Source: an uncultured bacterium (GTDB lineage: Bacteria > CAYUVA01). From it: a DNA stretch of 64,000 bases. Below the pieces are notes generated by a model. It made no database searches. It had not been told where the DNA came from and worked only from the letters and a program-made list of their open reading frames with translations. How positions within the stretch are numbered: the stretch's first letter is position 1; every line of letters begins with the position of its first letter. A program made the position numbers and the translations under genes. The stretch lies in NCBI GenBank assembly GCA_964448115.1, contig CAYUVA010000013.1, forward strand, positions 8,351 through 72,350, read 5' to 3'. This document shows positions 1 to 8,561 of this stretch, piece by piece.

Positions 1-215
1 AAGTCCAGTTCCAGGTTCTCCTCGAACTTGCGCTTCTGCTCTTGGTTGAGTATCTCGTATAGAAATTGCTTGCCATCATGCGCGGTCAGGGTTCGAAAGT
101 TTATGGGGAGAAGCTCGCCGTTATAGCGAATATAGGGAACCATCCCGGAGATGAAGTGCAGGTCCGATGCGCCCTGTTCATGGGCAAGCTCCAGGAATGC
201 GTCTATACGAGCCAT
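1..215 (-). CDS. pilT: PilT/PilU family ATPase, N-terminal part (runs off the window edge)
   Basis: Not in the ORF track. Manual translation gives MARIDAFLELAHEQGASDLHFISGMVPYIRYNGE...FEENLELD, the canonical PilT N-terminus. Its ATG overlaps the upstream TGA (TGATG). Confidence 0.9.
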   Translation of the reverse strand, partial: MARIDAFLELAHEQGASDLHFISGMVPYIRYNGELLPINFRTLTAHDGKQFLYEILNQEQKRKFEENLELD

Positions 216-3028
216 CAGCTTTCCCCCTCTCTTTGCGGGGGCTGTATCCTGATAGGAGCTTGATTTCTGGCTTGTTTTTGCTGATCGACCTCGAAGAGGT
301 TTTCTATCTCTGCCTTGTCGTAAGCTCTTGCATAAGCCTCATCCTTATCGATCTCACCGCGTTGGGCTAGTTGGTAAAGATGTTGATCCATGGTTATCAT
401 CCCCTCCTCGGCGCTAGCCATCATCACCGAGTAGATCTGGTGTATTTTACGCTCTCGGATAAGGTTGGCGATCGGTGGAGTGCCTAGGAGCACCTCGAAG
501 GCAGCGCGCCGACCGGAGCCATCTGCCCTGCGCACCAACTGCTGGGCGATCACCCCTTTCAGGTTCTCGGCGAGCATGATCCTTATCTGCCCCTGCTGTG
601 ATGGCGGAAAGGTGCTTATTATCCGATCAATAGCCTTGGCTGCGCTGAATGCGTGCAGCGTTCCCAAGACCAGGTGCCCGGTCTCGGCGGCGGTTACCGC
701 AATCTGGATGCTTTCGGCATCGCGAAGCTCACCAATGCAGATAACATCGGGATCTTCACGCAACGCCGAACGCAGCGCCCGTATGAACGATTGAGTATGC
801 ACACCCACCTCACGCTGGGTTACCTGACATCTTATGTTGCGATGGATGTACTCGATAGGCTCCTCGATGGAGATGATGTTCTTCCTCTGCGTCTTGTTTA
901 TATAGTCGATAAGAGAAGCGAGCGTGGTGGTCTTTCCCACCCCGGTGCTACCAACGCACAGAACCAACCCCCGATGAAGATTACATAACTCCTTGACCGT
1001 CAGCGGCACATCCAGTTGATCAATGGTGGGAGGGAAATCAGGGATGATACGAAATACAGCCGATAGACCCTCCTTCTTATGAAAGACATTGACCCTGAAG
1101 CGCCCTTTTTTCTCTATGATATAGGAAAAGTCTAGCTCTTGAAGCCGTTCCAAGGCAGCTATCTGATCCTCGTTGAGCACCTTGTAGAGGATCTGTTTCA
1201 TCCCATCAGGTGTCAAATCAAGGGGATAAAGATGCCTGACCTCTCCATGAACCTTTATATGCGGCTGCTCGCCGGCGAAAAGATAGACATCATTAGCGCC
1301 CTGCTTCTTGGCGGAGAGCAACAGCCCATCGAGCAGTGGAACCACCCTTTCCTCGGTAAGCTCCAGCCTTCCTATCTTAGCCTGTCCCCCCATGGTGAGC
1401 CGACTCCTCAGCTTCTTCAGGGCATTTGCTGCCTCGAAGCGAACCGCAACATCCGGGTCGTTCATCATCTTGGTGAGCGGTTCTATGACCCGATTGTCTC
1501 CCAGCCTCTCCAGCAGGCGAATCATGGAGATGCGCACCTCCTTGTGTCCCTTGTCGATGACCTCGAGCACTGCCTCGACCGCTGTCGGATCGCCAAGCTC
1601 ATTAAGTGCATCAACAGTAACCCCGCGCAGGGTATCGTCCTTTAGAAATGGTAAAAGATGCTCGGTTACACTCCTGTCATGCAGCTCGCCAAGGGCGGCA
1701 ATAGCGCGCTCCACAACCCACCAGTCCTCGTCTTTGAGCTTCTGTAGCAGGTATGGTTTTGCAGCCGGATCTTTGATCTTGGTCAGAACCTCGATGGCAA
1801 AACGGCGGATAAGTGCTAGCGGATGATCGAGCATCTTGATCATCGGCTCGGTGATATTGAACTCCTTCAGCTCTATAAGCGCCCTGGCGATGACCTCCCT
1901 TGTCCAGAAGTTCTCCTCTGCCAAGGAGAGGATGGTCTCATGGAGGATATTCTCGTTCCTTAGCACATCCATCATGTCCCGAAGCTTGCCTCTAACCGCC
2001 TGGTGGTCGGTTTTTAGCATATTAACGATGATCTTAGCCTGGTCGATCTTCCCTTCCTTTCCTAGGCTAGCCAGGGCGTCGAAGGCAGCGGTTTGTATGC
2101 TGGAATCCACATCCTTGAGGCGATTCACCAGTGGTTCAACCACCTTGTCAGTGCCTAGTTTTGCAAGGACATTTATGGTCTCGGCACGTATCCTTCGATC
2201 AGGATCCTCGAGCAAAAACAGCAGTCGCTCAACGAAGTCGCCCTCTTTGACCTTTGCCAGGCTGCGTATTGCCTGTATCTTTACCTGGAAGCTCCCCTGC
2301 TCGAATATCTCCAGTAGGGGATCGATTACCTCAGCAGTGCCCAGCTCACCCAGCGCCCATGCCAGCTTTATCTGCACATCGAGGACTGCATTTTTCGATT
2401 GTTCTTTGAATATCTGAATCATCTGGTTGGACTTATAGCTTGAGAGCAGCTCCACGGAGTACAGTTTCTCAGCCAGCGAACCAGATTTCAGGATCTCGAG
2501 TATTATCGGTATAGCCCGTTTATCGCCTATCTCTGCCAGGGCGAACATCCCGATCTTGCGCGAAGGCCAGCGATCATTGAGAAGAGAATCAGCTAGCATT
2601 CGAAAAAGCACATTCTGCCCGCGATCGATGATCACCTTAAAGGCGATCTTCTGGTAGATCTCGTTGCCGTTTCGCAGCGTATCGATCAGCTCAGTTGGAT
2701 AGGCATGAACCAGCTTCTCCCCTATGATATTGATGATGGTCTTGGTGCGATCCACCGCGATCATGCGCAGGATCATCTCGAAGTTACCCTTGACCATCTC
2801 CGATGGCGCACCGGCAATCACTTCACCGATGACCTGGAGTTTCTTTTTTACTTTGGCTTTATCCTTATCCTCAAGGGTCAGCGAGACCAGCTCGGTCAGG
2901 GTTTTTATCGGGATCTTGCCTCCCAGCGCCAGCAGCGACTGTACAACGATTTTCCTCTCATCGTCGCTGCTCCAGGCTGCGTTATGCAAGATACTTACTA
3001 ACTTGCTGGGATTTCTTATTAGTTCCAT
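215..3028 (-). CDS. HEAT-repeat protein fused to a C-terminal PilT-type ATPase
   Basis: About 560 aa of HEAT/PBS-like repeats (LLEDPDRRIRAETINVLAKL, LKDEDWWVVERAIAALGEL), then RFRVN, Walker A GSTGVGKTT, ALREDPD, GELRD, His box TGHLVLGTLH, NLIRE, GMITMDQ. Confidence 0.92.
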   Translation of the reverse strand: MELIRNPSKLVSILHNAAWSSDDERKIVVQSLLALGGKIPIKTLTELVSLTLEDKDKAKVKKKLQVIGEVIAGAPSEMVKGNFEMILRMIAVDRTKTIINIIGEKLVHAYPTELIDTLRNGNEIYQKIAFKVIIDRGQNVLFRMLADSLLNDRWPSRKIGMFALAEIGDKRAIPIILEILKSGSLAEKLYSVELLSSYKSNQMIQIFKEQSKNAVLDVQIKLAWALGELGTAEVIDPLLEIFEQGSFQVKIQAIRSLAKVKEGDFVERLLFLLEDPDRRIRAETINVLAKLGTDKVVEPLVNRLKDVDSSIQTAAFDALASLGKEGKIDQAKIIVNMLKTDHQAVRGKLRDMMDVLRNENILHETILSLAEENFWTREVIARALIELKEFNITEPMIKMLDHPLALIRRFAIEVLTKIKDPAAKPYLLQKLKDEDWWVVERAIAALGELHDRSVTEHLLPFLKDDTLRGVTVDALNELGDPTAVEAVLEVIDKGHKEVRISMIRLLERLGDNRVIEPLTKMMNDPDVAVRFEAANALKKLRSRLTMGGQAKIGRLELTEERVVPLLDGLLLSAKKQGANDVYLFAGEQPHIKVHGEVRHLYPLDLTPDGMKQILYKVLNEDQIAALERLQELDFSYIIEKKGRFRVNVFHKKEGLSAVFRIIPDFPPTIDQLDVPLTVKELCNLHRGLVLCVGSTGVGKTTTLASLIDYINKTQRKNIISIEEPIEYIHRNIRCQVTQREVGVHTQSFIRALRSALREDPDVICIGELRDAESIQIAVTAAETGHLVLGTLHAFSAAKAIDRIISTFPPSQQGQIRIMLAENLKGVIAQQLVRRADGSGRRAAFEVLLGTPPIANLIRERKIHQIYSVMMASAEEGMITMDQHLYQLAQRGEIDKDEAYARAYDKAEIENLFEVDQQKQARNQAPIRIQPPQREGES

Positions 3029-3114
3029 CGAGATACTTCCAGGTTAACTTTTTTAAGTTTAGCATTATCTCCGCCAATTCTCAAGCCTAAAACCGTTTAC
3101 TTCAGCTCACCTTA

Positions 3115-3596
3115 CCACCACAAGATTGCTTCATACGCCCCATTATCCGTCATTCCCGCCACGCACCAAGTGCGGGCAAAACTCCGACGGGAATCCATTA
3201 ATCATGTGAATTGCTAGAGTTATAATGTGATAAAGTGATAGCGGAGAGAAAAGCCCCTCACCCCCGCCCTCTCCCTCTGGGAGAGGGTCTTGATCCCCTC
3301 TAAAAAGAGGGGTGGCAGCTGAAGGCAGACAGGTTGTGTATTAGCTAAATCACCACCTGAATAAATTCAGGTGATGAGGATAGCTCACCGACCTCTGAAG
3401 AGGTCTCAATGTGCTTAAGGTCGTGAGGGTCATTGAACCATAAAGTCACAGAAAGGAAAGTGATACCGTGATATTGCGTTAGAGTGATAAAGGCATATTG
3501 AACCACAAAGTCACAAAGGCACGAAGAAAGAAGGAAAGAATATTTGTGCCTTGGTGCCTTTATGGTTCAAAACCCATCACCCCTCAAGCCTAAAGG
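3115..3596. repeat. Mosaic of short palindromic/REP-like intergenic repeats
   Basis: GTCATTCCCGC..GGGAATCCA, GTGATA octamers, CCCCTCACCCCCGCCCTCTCCC..GGGAGAGGG, the hairpin CACCTGAATAAATTCAGGTG, and ACCACAAAGTCACAAAGGCAC with an inverted copy TTTGTGCCTTGGTGCCTTTATGGTT. Confidence 0.8.
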
Positions 3597-4664
3597 CTAC
3601 TCGACGGCAGTTTGGGCGGAGTCCTTGTCCTTTAACTTCTCCTTTATGGCGTTGAAGATTCCCTTGAGCCTCCTCTGCGGGTAATCGGCGGAGAATGGTA
3701 TCGGTCTCACCTCCCGCTGGGCTGCCAATCCAACCCTGGCGGTGAGCATCGCGGTGGTGAATCCCTGTCCAATCGGTCTTGCCAGAGAATGGAGGAAGCC
3801 ACGGCTGGTGATGTCGGGCAGTATATTGAACAGCTCATGGGATAAATCTGCGAATATCACCGCTGATACCACCTTTCGCATCAGGCGCAGAGTGCCTAAG
3901 AATCCAGTTCGCACATGATATACCTCGGCAATGGAGCTAAGCAATCGGCTGCTTCGCCAAAGAGTGATCCCTGCATCAAGGATCGCATAGGGAGAAATCG
4001 CGGTCGCCAACGCAACATTGAGCGACTCGTGGAGGATACGCTCGCTGGCTCGGCGATCCAGGTCGGCAAGCAGTATGGACTCTATGTCCTTCTTCCATTC
4101 CACAGCGTCTTCCACCCAGGCGATCCGTTCCTTGAGAGCCTTGATCGATTGCCTGGTCTGCTCATCGCCGGCTGACTCCAGTATGGATAGATAGCTCTTA
4201 AACTCCCGGCGCACGCGGTCGTTGAGCCTTGGATCCTTGGGGTGTTGTTCGAGAGCTTGATACCCCTCTCGTAGATGCTCTATTTTAGCCAATCGCAGAT
4301 AGCTGATCATGGAGCTGGCAACGAAGGCGAGCAGCGAGAGCACTAATAGAGCGAACATCGAGATAGTAAAATAACCAAGGTAGGGGTGAACCTTGCTGGA
4401 GTTCGCATAAAGCTGCACAGCCTCGCGATAAAGGAATAGCCCAACCAAAAGCGATAGGATCACTAGTATTAAGCTGCCCAGGGCTCGAAGTATGTACGAG
4501 CCTTTGTTTTGTTTGCGTTTCATCTCGCCAGGTGCAGTCTCACCAGCCTGAGATGATCGGTCGGTTATATCCCCACGAGGCAAAGTATCTCTGCTCTCAT
4601 CATCCTGCTCTTTTACCGGCTTTGAGATCTCCGTGATATCCCCGATTTTTCTATTTGCAGTCAT
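3597..4664 (-). CDS. ycjF: YcjF family (DUF697) membrane protein
   Basis: Two TM helices, then AISPYAILDAGITLWRSSRLLSSIAEVY and GQGFTTAMLTARVG...RPIPF. Overlaps the YcjX-like gene by 4 nt. Confidence 0.85.
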   Translation of the reverse strand: MTANRKIGDITEISKPVKEQDDESRDTLPRGDITDRSSQAGETAPGEMKRKQNKGSYILRALGSLILVILSLLVGLFLYREAVQLYANSSKVHPYLGYFTISMFALLVLSLLAFVASSMISYLRLAKIEHLREGYQALEQHPKDPRLNDRVRREFKSYLSILESAGDEQTRQSIKALKERIAWVEDAVEWKKDIESILLADLDRRASERILHESLNVALATAISPYAILDAGITLWRSSRLLSSIAEVYHVRTGFLGTLRLMRKVVSAVIFADLSHELFNILPDITSRGFLHSLARPIGQGFTTAMLTARVGLAAQREVRPIPFSADYPQRRLKGIFNAIKEKLKDKDSAQTAVE

Positions 4665-6037
4665 TTTAACAATTCCCTGAAAAGGTTGATTATGACCTCA
4701 TCCATGTTGATATGAGGCAGGGTTACATCATGGCGGTCAGGCAGGCGCCGTGGCTCGAAGTCGGTGAACTCGAACTGGGATGTGTCCCAGGGCTCCCTAG
4801 GCCACTCGTAGGGTACCTCGCCAGGGAAGATGATCCTATGTCCAAGCTCCCGTTTGCCTTTAACTACTCCCTCCAAGGCAGATACCCTTTTGCCATCCAG
4901 TATTCGATGCGCATCCTTGGTTGCCCGGTTAGCAGCAACCACCAGGAAGGAGACATCCTTTTCCTTTACCTTGCCGTGCAGCTCATGGAGCGTATCCCTG
5001 ACCAGGTTGCGCAGAAGGTCTTTTGTATGAGCGCGGCTGTATGCTGTCGCCTGATCCGCCTTGGGCGCGATGAAGAGAATGCGCTTTATCCAGGTCTGCT
5101 TGAAGATATTGGACATCAATCCAAAAGGACCACCTAGCAAATAGGCGAGCAAGATCTTCATGAATCCAGGCTTCCCGTAGCCGAAGGCAGCCAGTATCTC
5201 CTTGATGCAGGTATGTATGTCCTTGTATGAATCCTCCCCCTTGTTCAGGATGCGCATTATGTCAACCAGCACGACCTGGTGAGTCGCCTGGTGCATCTTG
5301 GCGAAGAAGGGCACGATGACCTTTTCCTTGTATCGCTCGAATCGGGCAGCCATAGCTTCGGCGAGCTGGGGATTCTTTTGCACCAAATCCTTGCTTAGCG
5401 GACAAAATGGCTCGTATTCGGGATTGGGGTGCCGGAGATTCATCACCATCATCGCGGGCTGCACCTTGTGCTCCAAGCCGGCTTCTCGACAGGCGAGAAG
5501 GTATTTACCGTATCCATCGATGAGCAACCTTTCATCGGACTGTTGTATTTGCGGCTTGGCGCTCAATACATCCATGTACTCAAGCCACTTAGCGGCAAGC
5601 GCTTGTCTCTGCTGGTTACCCTGCACCTTGTCAAGGATCGCCTGTGACCACTGTGTAAAGGTCTGAGCCATCATGGGCAGGTCGAGGAGCTGCTCCCCTG
5701 GATAATCGACCAGCTCAACAACATAGTTCCTGTATTCAGCGTTCGAGCTTGTATATATCCTAACATTCAGGCGAAGCTCTGTGATATCATCGGTGCGCTG
5801 CGGCCACTGAGGGGGATCCTGCTTGAGAAGCTCAAGGTAATCCTTATAGCGGAAGGGGTTATGTTCATTGGAGTCTGACTCGATGATGCTCGCCGAGATG
5901 CGTTTTCCCTTCACATAAGGATTGTTTTCAAAAAGCTGGTTCCTGCCACTGAGCAGGTGATTGAGCAAGGAGACCAGAAAGACGGTCTTGCCCGACTTGG
6001 ACAAGCCAGTTACCGCAATGCGCATTCTTTTTGCCAT
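4661..6037 (-). CDS. ycjX: YcjX family P-loop NTPase
   Basis: RIAVTGLSKSGKTVF, WPQRT, VDYPGEQLLDLPM, QVVLVD, KAD motifs; paired with ycjF. Confidence 0.88.
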   Translation of the reverse strand: MAKRMRIAVTGLSKSGKTVFLVSLLNHLLSGRNQLFENNPYVKGKRISASIIESDSNEHNPFRYKDYLELLKQDPPQWPQRTDDITELRLNVRIYTSSNAEYRNYVVELVDYPGEQLLDLPMMAQTFTQWSQAILDKVQGNQQRQALAAKWLEYMDVLSAKPQIQQSDERLLIDGYGKYLLACREAGLEHKVQPAMMVMNLRHPNPEYEPFCPLSKDLVQKNPQLAEAMAARFERYKEKVIVPFFAKMHQATHQVVLVDIMRILNKGEDSYKDIHTCIKEILAAFGYGKPGFMKILLAYLLGGPFGLMSNIFKQTWIKRILFIAPKADQATAYSRAHTKDLLRNLVRDTLHELHGKVKEKDVSFLVVAANRATKDAHRILDGKRVSALEGVVKGKRELGHRIIFPGEVPYEWPREPWDTSQFEFTDFEPRRLPDRHDVTLPHINMDEVIINLFRELLK

Positions 6038-6107
6038 GATTTACCTATTTTTAAGTCCTTCTGTGGTAATATAACCGCTGGCAGCCTTACAGGTCAATCT
6101 TTGATCG

Positions 6108-6884
6108 ATGATGAAACAAAAGCGCAGCGTAAAACCAGGCTCATCGACCCTGCAACTGGAGGGAAGAAACCCGCTACTGGAAGCGATATATTGTGGTGCT
6201 ACCGTGCATCGTGTGCTGCTGGACAAGGGTGCCAAGCAAAAGGGCAAGATCTCACAGATAATCAGCCTTTGCAGGCAACACAATGTTCCGATAAACAAGG
6301 TAGATCGCCGTGAGCTTGACCAAATGTCCCAGACGGGTGTCCATCAAGGGGTGATCGCCATTGCGCAGGCGCCGCGACCGGCATCGCTGAGCCAATATCT
6401 CGCCGAGCTAAGCGATGCTGAGATATCCCCCTGTTTCGTGATCCTGGACGAGGTTCAGTACGAGCACAATCTCGGCGCTGTATTGCGCACGGCTGCGGGA
6501 GCTGGCATTGATGGCTTGGTAATCCCCAAGGGGCGAAGTGCAGCAATTACCTCGACCGTGGCTCGGCTATCCATGGGAGCTTGCTTTTTAGTTCCTGTAT
6601 TCCAGGAGAGCCTGATGAATGCGATTAAGATCCTAAAGGAGCATGGAATATGGTTATTTGCGCTCGATGTCGATGGTGAGATTCCCTATTTCAAGCAGGA
6701 TCTGACAGGGGCAGTTGCTTTCATCCTTGGCGGCGAGGACAAGGGAGTCTCGTCGCCGCTCAAGGCAAAGTGCGATCTTGTCCTTAGCATCCCCATGCCA
6801 GGCAGGGTCCCATCGCTCAATGTGAGCGTTTGCGCTGCCATCATCATCTTCGAGCGCCTAAGGCAGCTTTCCTCTCCTGAATAG
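6108..6884 (+). CDS. rlmB: SpoU/TrmH family RNA 2'-O-methyltransferase (RlmB-like)
   Basis: GRNPLLEA, HQGVIA, HNLGAVLRTA, GGEDKG, SLNVSV SPOUT motifs. Confidence 0.85.
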   Translation: MMKQKRSVKPGSSTLQLEGRNPLLEAIYCGATVHRVLLDKGAKQKGKISQIISLCRQHNVPINKVDRRELDQMSQTGVHQGVIAIAQAPRPASLSQYLAELSDAEISPCFVILDEVQYEHNLGAVLRTAAGAGIDGLVIPKGRSAAITSTVARLSMGACFLVPVFQESLMNAIKILKEHGIWLFALDVDGEIPYFKQDLTGAVAFILGGEDKGVSSPLKAKCDLVLSIPMPGRVPSLNVSVCAAIIIFERLRQLSSPE

Positions 6885-7547
6885 CGGTGGCTCAACGATG
6901 AGACCCGTTCTCCCCTGTTTGAGAGCCTCTACCATAACATGCGAAGCCCGTGCACCTGGTCTTGGATACATCATTCTGATGCGTTTTGGCTCCAGCTTAT
7001 TCATTTTGAGCACCTCGAGAAGCTCGGACAAGCGCCACGGATTATAGATAAGCGCGAACCTTCCCTTGTTTTTCAGCAAGTAAGAAGCAGCGCTGACCAG
7101 ATCCTCAAGCTGGCAAAGCAGCTCCCCGCGCGACTTTGCTTTATGCTCATCAGGACTGAGCTTACCAGTGCCAACGCGGTGATATGGCGGATTGCTGATC
7201 ACCAGGTCGGAAGCGCCGCCTGTAAGTATCTCTCGAATTTGTCTTATATCCCCTTTTATGATCTCGAACTTTTCTTGAAGATCGTTGAGCTGCATGTTAT
7301 GCTTAGCCATATCGGCAGGTTCAGCTTGGATCTCCACGCCATAGCCCTTTTCGATGTCCATTCTGTGGCTTAGCAACAAAAGCAGGATACCGTTTCCGCA
7401 GCCGAGATCGACTATTTGGCGATATTTGCCCTTGGTTACGAAGTCAGCCAGGAAGAACGAGTCCTCGTTGACCTTGTATCCTTTGCTGTATTGCAGGATC
7501 TTCAGGCTGGTGCCTGGGATCGAATGCTCTTTGGGATCGGTTTCCAT
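6858..7547 (-). CDS. tRNA1(Val) A37 N6-methyltransferase family
   Basis: DLGCGNG, VEIQ, NPPY, LEPKRIRM. Start placed at ATG 7547 because the sequence further upstream is repeat DNA. Confidence 0.82.
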   Translation of the reverse strand: METDPKEHSIPGTSLKILQYSKGYKVNEDSFFLADFVTKGKYRQIVDLGCGNGILLLLLSHRMDIEKGYGVEIQAEPADMAKHNMQLNDLQEKFEIIKGDIRQIREILTGGASDLVISNPPYHRVGTGKLSPDEHKAKSRGELLCQLEDLVSAASYLLKNKGRFALIYNPWRLSELLEVLKMNKLEPKRIRMMYPRPGARASHVMVEALKQGRTGLIVEPPLFRRGKLP

Positions 7548-7559
7548 GGTTAAATAGAA

Positions 7560-7712
7560 GTATCCTCTTTCCTTTGCGCCCTTGCCCAAGTAAAGTCGCG
7601 CCTAAAAGGACGCAGCTGCAAAAATAACTTTTCGCCTTTTCTCTCCTGTCTTTCTTTGCACTTGGCATCTTTGCGCCTTTGCGTGATCCTCCTTCTTTTC
7701 CTCTCCCGAGCC
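7560..7712. repeat. Intergenic CGCAAAG-type composite repeat
   Basis: 7665-7691 is the exact reverse complement of 60357-60383 (GAGGATCACGCAAAGGCGCAAAGATGC). Confidence 0.8.
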
Positions 7713-8561
7713 TCAAGCATTCTTCCCTCGCAGGCTGCGCAGTAGCTGTAGGTTCTTGATGTCCATATCATCTTCCTTGGGCGTCTCCAGCAGCATCGGC
7801 GTATGCTTGAACCTGTGGTGGTTGAGCAGATATTCAAACGCCTCCAAGCCGATGTTTCCCTGCCCGATGTGCGCATGGCGATCCACTCTCTTGCCCAGGG
7901 TCGATTTGGCATCGTTGAGATGAAAGACCTTCAGGGTATCGAGTCCGATCGTAGCATCGAAGCTTAAAAGCACCTGCTCGAAGCCCTTGCTGGTGGTGAT
8001 ATCGTATCCAGCGGAGAAGACATGGCATGTATCGAAGCAGGTACCGAGGCGCGGGTGTCTGCCGAGTTTGTCCAGGATATACGCCAAGTGCTCGAACTTG
8101 TAGCCTAGATTGCTCCCCTGCCCGGCAGTAGTTTCCAGCAGTATCATCACCTTGTAATCAGCGGTGCGCTCCAGGATGTCAGATAGGCTTTCCACCATTC
8201 GCTCTAGCCCGAATGCCTCGGACTCACCCTTCGGCGTACCCGGATGTGTAACCAGGTATGGTATGCCTAAAAACTCGCAACGACCAAGCTCATCTATGAA
8301 TGCCTCAATCGACTTGTTCCAAAGTGCTTTGTCCGGTGAAGCGAGGTTGATCAGGTAGGAATCATGCGCCACCACCGGCTTGATGCCTGTGCGCGCTTGT
8401 TCGGCAATATACAGCTCCCGATCCTGTTCGGTAAGCGGTCTAGCCTTCCATTGGCTAGCGTTCTTGGTGAAGACCTGTATGGTGTTGCAGGTTACATCCA
8501 CCCCGCGCTGGAAGGCGTTATGTATGCCACCTGCTATGGATATATGCGCTCCGAGGTTCAT
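7713..8561 (-). CDS. nfo: Endonuclease IV
   Basis: LGAHISIAGG, HDSYLINL, LETTAGQG, CFDTCH, HLND, DRHAHIG, LETP. Confidence 0.96.
   Translation of the reverse strand: MNLGAHISIAGGIHNAFQRGVDVTCNTIQVFTKNASQWKARPLTEQDRELYIAEQARTGIKPVVAHDSYLINLASPDKALWNKSIEAFIDELGRCEFLGIPYLVTHPGTPKGESEAFGLERMVESLSDILERTADYKVMILLETTAGQGSNLGYKFEHLAYILDKLGRHPRLGTCFDTCHVFSAGYDITTSKGFEQVLLSFDATIGLDTLKVFHLNDAKSTLGKRVDRHAHIGQGNIGLEAFEYLLNHHRFKHTPMLLETPKEDDMDIKNLQLLRSLRGKNA

Noticed and set aside
1340-3028. HEAT repeats as a phycobilin lyase or a separate gene
   Set aside because: The frame is continuous into the PilT domain in both paralogs and there is no phycobiliprotein context.
3430-3570. Recurrent CACAAAG/GTGATA motifs as a CRISPR array
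   Set aside because: There is no constant 25-40-bp repeat with unique, regularly sized spacers, and no cas genes in the window.
7444-7912. Short minus-strand ORFs overlapping the nfo 3' end
   Set aside because: They are translations of the CGCAAAG repeat and alternative frames of real genes.
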